From assembly GCA_051294375.1 (NCBI GenBank), contig CM119270.1:12703805-12763681 (forward strand): a stretch of DNA of 59,877 nucleotides, written 5' to 3'. Shown in pieces: positions 55,362 to 59,877 of the stretch (the stretch's first letter is position 1; each line of letters opens with the position of its first letter). This stretch comes from Paraspadella gotoi. Its lineage: Eukaryota > Animalia > Chaetognatha. The position numbers were made by a program, and so were the translations under genes. The notes under the pieces are model-generated. The model saw only the letters and a list, made by a program, of their open reading frames with translations. It did not search any database and had not been told where the DNA came from.

Positions 55362-55527
55362 AGGCAGAAATGGAAAGAAAATTCGGAAAACGAAACATTC
55401 GCGGTGAAAAAAAAAAATGTCCGGTCCCATTTTTTTTTTTTTTTTTTTTGGTTTTTCTTTTTTAGTTTTTGCAGATGGTTTTGGAAATGGCTGGAGAACG
55501 AAAGGTTCCGGGGGAGGCTTAAATTAG
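55362..55527 (+). CDS. 3' part of the split exon (...AEMERKFGKRNIR, to 55403) plus terminal exon 55475-55527 (DGFGNGWRTKGSGGGLN*)
   Basis: In-frame continuation of 45968-46019. GT at 55404, T-rich tract and GCAG acceptor at 55474 (71-nt intron, phase 1 on both sides). Confidence 0.5.
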
Positions 55528-57018
55528 TGCCAGGTTAGCTTTTTAGTGGCGGTTGAGTTATTGCCATATTTTGGTGGAATCATTGCTTGACTTCTTTTTC
55601 CCAGTTTGAAAAGAAGAGTCACGAGAGCGAAATCTATAAAAGCTTACTTAAAACTAATCAAAATGTCATGCCTAAATTACAATTGAAGATAAGGTTGTTG
55701 TGTCGACTGTCCATGAAATCTCACCTATTGGCACTTTATTTTTTTGAACATACTGTAGTTTATTAAGGATCTCAAAAATTTAGAACAAAATAGCAAATGA
55801 TTAATAAATGAAAAAGCAATTTAGTTATAAAGAGACAAACTTAAAAAACCGCGCTCGAAATATGGTTGCGAATGAGCGGCCGAAACTCAAAAGCGAAAAT
55901 GGGAACGCAGATGCAAATAGAACTGAGGAGGCAATTTGCTGAGCGAGAAAAGAATTCTCAGTTCCGCCCCGCGAGGGGGAAAGCACCGCCTCTAGCGACT
56001 CGAAAAACCAAACTTAAAATACAAAGTGAACTTTAATGTAAATTGTAAGTCGCTTCGGCCTTTGCTCTTTTGATCGGAGAGAATGGTAAAAGATTTTTGA
56101 GACGTTTCACTAGTATCGTCAAGACATTAGTAGTACCCTTAAAAGAATAGATGAATAAGATAATACGTTTTTGAATTTTTTACTATAAGATTTACGCTTT
56201 TTCCCCTTCTTTTTTCCCTCTCTCTATCTTTAACTTTATCTCGCTTTCTCTCTCTGTCTCCCTCTCTCTCTCTGGTCTGATACAAAATTAGAATTAATGG
56301 AAAGGAACCACTGAAAACTGAATACAATTTGTCTGCATATTCAAATAAAGTAAAACAGATTGTCTTTTCTTTTTTTAGACAGAAATCGTCTTTTGAGTCA
56401 TTAATGAGAAATATTCGGCCTTTGTATCAAGCTGGGGGGGGGGTTATTTCGTGAGCATGTGTCAGCAGGCAAATTTTGTCAGTTAATAGCAAATTAAAAG
56501 AGGTTTAAGCTGTCAACAGCAATATAAGGGGTTTTTTTCTGTTAAGGCGATTAACAAAACATATTGCTTTTCTTTTTTAACAACAAAACATAAGAAAAGT
56601 TTCCTCTCTTTATTTTCGACGCCAAAAGATAAGACTTTTTCATCTCTGTTCTCAAATTCAAAAAACGGTTTTTCGTGTTTTCCTCCCAAAAATCTCGTAA
56701 TAAATGGGAGGAGATGAAAAAGGCCTGAAATCGATGATATGGGGTCAGACGGAGTATGAGGAAGAGGAGGAGGAGGAGGAAGAAGAAGAGGAAAACGAGG
56801 AGGAAAAGATTCACGATGGAAAAGGTGAGATCAATTAGTCGGGTGAAGGAGAGAGAAGATCAAAAGGTAAGGCTACGGCTCCAGTCGACTTAGAAATCAG
56901 CGACTCTTACTGATAGCTTTNNNNNNNNNNNNNNNNNNNNNNNNNNNNNNNNNNNNNNNNNNNNNNNNNNNNNNNNNNNNNNNNNNNNNNNNNNNNNNNN
57001 NNNNNNNNNNNNNNNNNN

Positions 57019-57054
<36 letters not shown>

Positions 57055-58348
57055 CCATGTTCCTCCCGCTTTCCTTTCTTTCCGTTCATCTCGCTCTCTA
57101 TCTCACATTCTCTCTCCTTTTTTCCCTCGCTCTCCAAATCCCCGACTAATCTTCCTTTATATCCCTATCAGTTTTCTTTTCATCTAAATCTAAATCTAAA
57201 TCCTTTTCTTGTCTTCTTTTCTTTTTCGTCTTTTGGTATTTCTTTTCTTTTTTCTTTTCTTCTTCTCTTTTGGTTTTTCTTCTCTTTTTTCTTATCTTCT
57301 TCTCTTTTTCCTAATCTTTGCCTTGTTCTTTCTTCGTTCCTCCTCGCGTTTGGAAAAAACTTGGGACTTTTTTTGTATTGAAAAGTATTTTAAAAATAAT
57401 TTTTGTAAAAATCTGACCAAATTTTCATTTCTCTTTCACTCTCCTTCACNNNNNNNNNNNNNNNNNNNNNNNNNNNNNNNNNNNNNNNNNNNNNNNNNNN
57501 NNNNNNNNNNNNNNNNNNNNNNNNNNNNNNNNNNNNNNNNNNNNNNNNNNNNNNNNNNNNNNNNNNNNNNNNNNNNNNNNNNNNNNNNNNNNNNNNNNNN
57601 NNNNNNNNNNNNNNNNNNNNNNNNNNNNNNNNNNNNNNNNNNNNNNNNNNNNNNNNNNNNNNNNNNNNNNNNNNNNNNNNNNNNNNNNNNNNNNNNNNNN
57701 NNNNNNNNNNNNNNNNNNNNNNNNNNNNNNNNNNNNNNNNNNNNNNNNNNCAAAATAAAAACAAACTTTTCTCTTTTAATCGTAAAAAAATCGAATAAAT
57801 TTATCTACTAATAGGATTATTGCTGAGCCGTAGTAGCGAATATATTTTGTGTTTGTTAAAAACTATACAATATACATACACTCCCATTAAAAATTAAAAT
57901 TATAAATATAATTAAGATAAAAAAAAATTTTCAATGTCTTAAAAATTATCAACTCCCATCAACCACATTTTTTTCTTATTTTTTAATTCATCTCTTTGAC
58001 AACCAAAGAAATAATCATCTGAAACATTTTTGATATTTTACAAAGCGTCATCACGGTACTTTTGTTATTCTTAATATTAATTAATTTCCCAATTTCTTCA
58101 TCGCTCTATAGAATATGTTAAATCAAAGATTTAACGAATTTTAAAATTCTTCAAAATTCCATCTCATTTTAATGCTTTTGCCATCGAATCCTTCAATTTG
58201 ATCCATCCGCTCCATTTCATCTCTCATATTTCTTTTTCTCTCAAATTACTCCATTTCTTTTTTTTTTTTATCCAAAGATGTCAAAACGGATTCTCTTTCA
58301 CTTCCGTCACATTTCCCGGTTTGTTCCAACCATTTTCCTTTCTAAACA

Positions 58349-58414
<66 letters not shown>

Positions 58415-59877
58415 TCCTTTCTATTTTTGAAAAAAAACCGTGACTTGTCGCGAGTCAAAAAAGAAACTCAGTGTTTTTTTCCCCATTTACGCTTTCAGGT
58501 TTTAAATTTTAAAAAAAGATTTTTAGTCTCCCCTTTTTAGCTTTTTACATTTTTTCGCTTTTCATCCATTTTTTTCCATTTTCGGCTTTATTGCCAATTT
58601 TATTTTCTGCTTCAGAATTGTGTTTCGTGGGGGAAAAAAATCCGCTTCAGGTTTGACTTTTCAAATTTTATTTTTTTCTTTGAAACATTTTTTTGCAAAT
58701 GATAATTACGCTATATATCATGAAAGCAATTCAAAAAGCCCCCAAAAAAGTTAAAACTATTCGTTAGGTGTATGTCTTAGAATTATGTTTAGCAATTCAA
58801 TAGTTTACCGGGAATATGAAAAATAGTTAACTTTTAAGCCACTTTGTAAACATGTNNNNNNNNNNNNNNNNNNNNNNNNNNNNNNNNNNNNNNNNNNNNN
58901 NNNNNNNNNNNNNNNNNNNNNNNNNNNNNNNNNNNNNNNNNNNNNNNNNNNNNNNNNNNNNNNNNNNNNNNNNNNNNNNNNNNNNNNNNNNNNNNNNNNN
59001 NNNNNNNNNNNNNNNNNNNNNNNNNNNNNNNNNNNNNNNNNNNNNNNNNNNNNNNNNNNNNNNNNNNNNNNNNNNNNNNNNNNNNNNNNNNNNNNNNNNN
59101 NNNNNNNNNNNNNNNNNNNNNNNNNNNNNNNNNNNNNNNNNNNNNNNNNNNNNNNNNNNNNNNNNNNNNNNNNNNNNNNNNNNNNNNNNNNNNNNNNNNN
59201 NNNNNNNNNNNNNNNNNNNNNNNNNNNNNNNNNNNNNNNNNNNNNNNNNNNNNNNNNNNNNNNNNNNNNNNNNNNNNNNNNNNNNNNNNNNNNNNNNNNN
59301 NNNNNNNNNNNNNNNNNNNNNNNNNNNNNNNNNNNNNNNNNNNNNNNNNNNNNNNNNNNNNNNNNNNNNNNNNNNNNNNNNNNNNNNNNNNNNNNNNNNN
59401 NNNNNNNNNNNNNNNNNNNNNNNNNNNNNNNNNNNNNNNNNNNNNNNNNNNNNNNNNNNNNNNNNNNNNNNNNNNNNNNNGCTCCAATCCGCAACTGCAT
59501 CTAGTCTGAAAAAAAAAAAGCTGCTTCATTTCGTGAGATTTTCGACCAAGAGTGGTCAAACTGGTCATGGAGCAGTGTGAGTCCCGTGGTCTAGGCCATT
59601 CCTCCTTATACTGAACACTGAACAGTGAATACAACAGAAAGAAAAAACAATGGCTTCTTCTATCGCGGACAATATAGAAAGCCTCGTTGGCCAATTTGTA
59701 ATCGCCGTCTTCTTTGGTCGTCGCTGCCGCCAAAAAGAAAAAAAGGAAAAAAAGAAAAAAAGGGGAAAAAAAATTCTTTCCTCCAATTTGCTTTTCGCGT
59801 TGATGGTTTTTCGATTCGCTTTCTCTTTTCTTCGTTTCCTTTGTTTCGATGTTTAGCAACGACTGATGGTTTTGTGG

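Overview
Eukaryotic (metazoan-like) genomic DNA from a gappy, indel-rich assembly. Intergenic and intronic sequence is AT-rich with very dense (AG)n/(CT)n tracts; coding exons are GC-rich. Clearest gene: an intact, two-exon NEK10 kinase (minus strand, 34993-30917, 1257 aa). It lies antisense inside a phase-matched intron of a plus-strand CAP/SCP (CRISP/PR-1-like) gene whose exons are at 28978-29051, 37880-38088 and 38368-38499. Candidate signal-peptide and somatomedin-B exons occur at 3.9-4.9 kb. A compact 9.3-kb block (46045-55361) carries an SLC26 anion transporter, DNAJC21 and further unidentified exons. It is bounded by a 19-bp direct repeat and interrupts an exon that, once rejoined, encodes a KR...GKR-flanked, amidated-peptide-like sequence. 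Much of 1-36 kb is redundant: a ~4-kb-arm inverted repeat and two large tandem duplications, one containing a frameshifted second NEK10. These most likely reflect noisy long-read gap filling rather than biology. All gene calls come from reading motifs by eye; no database searches were run.
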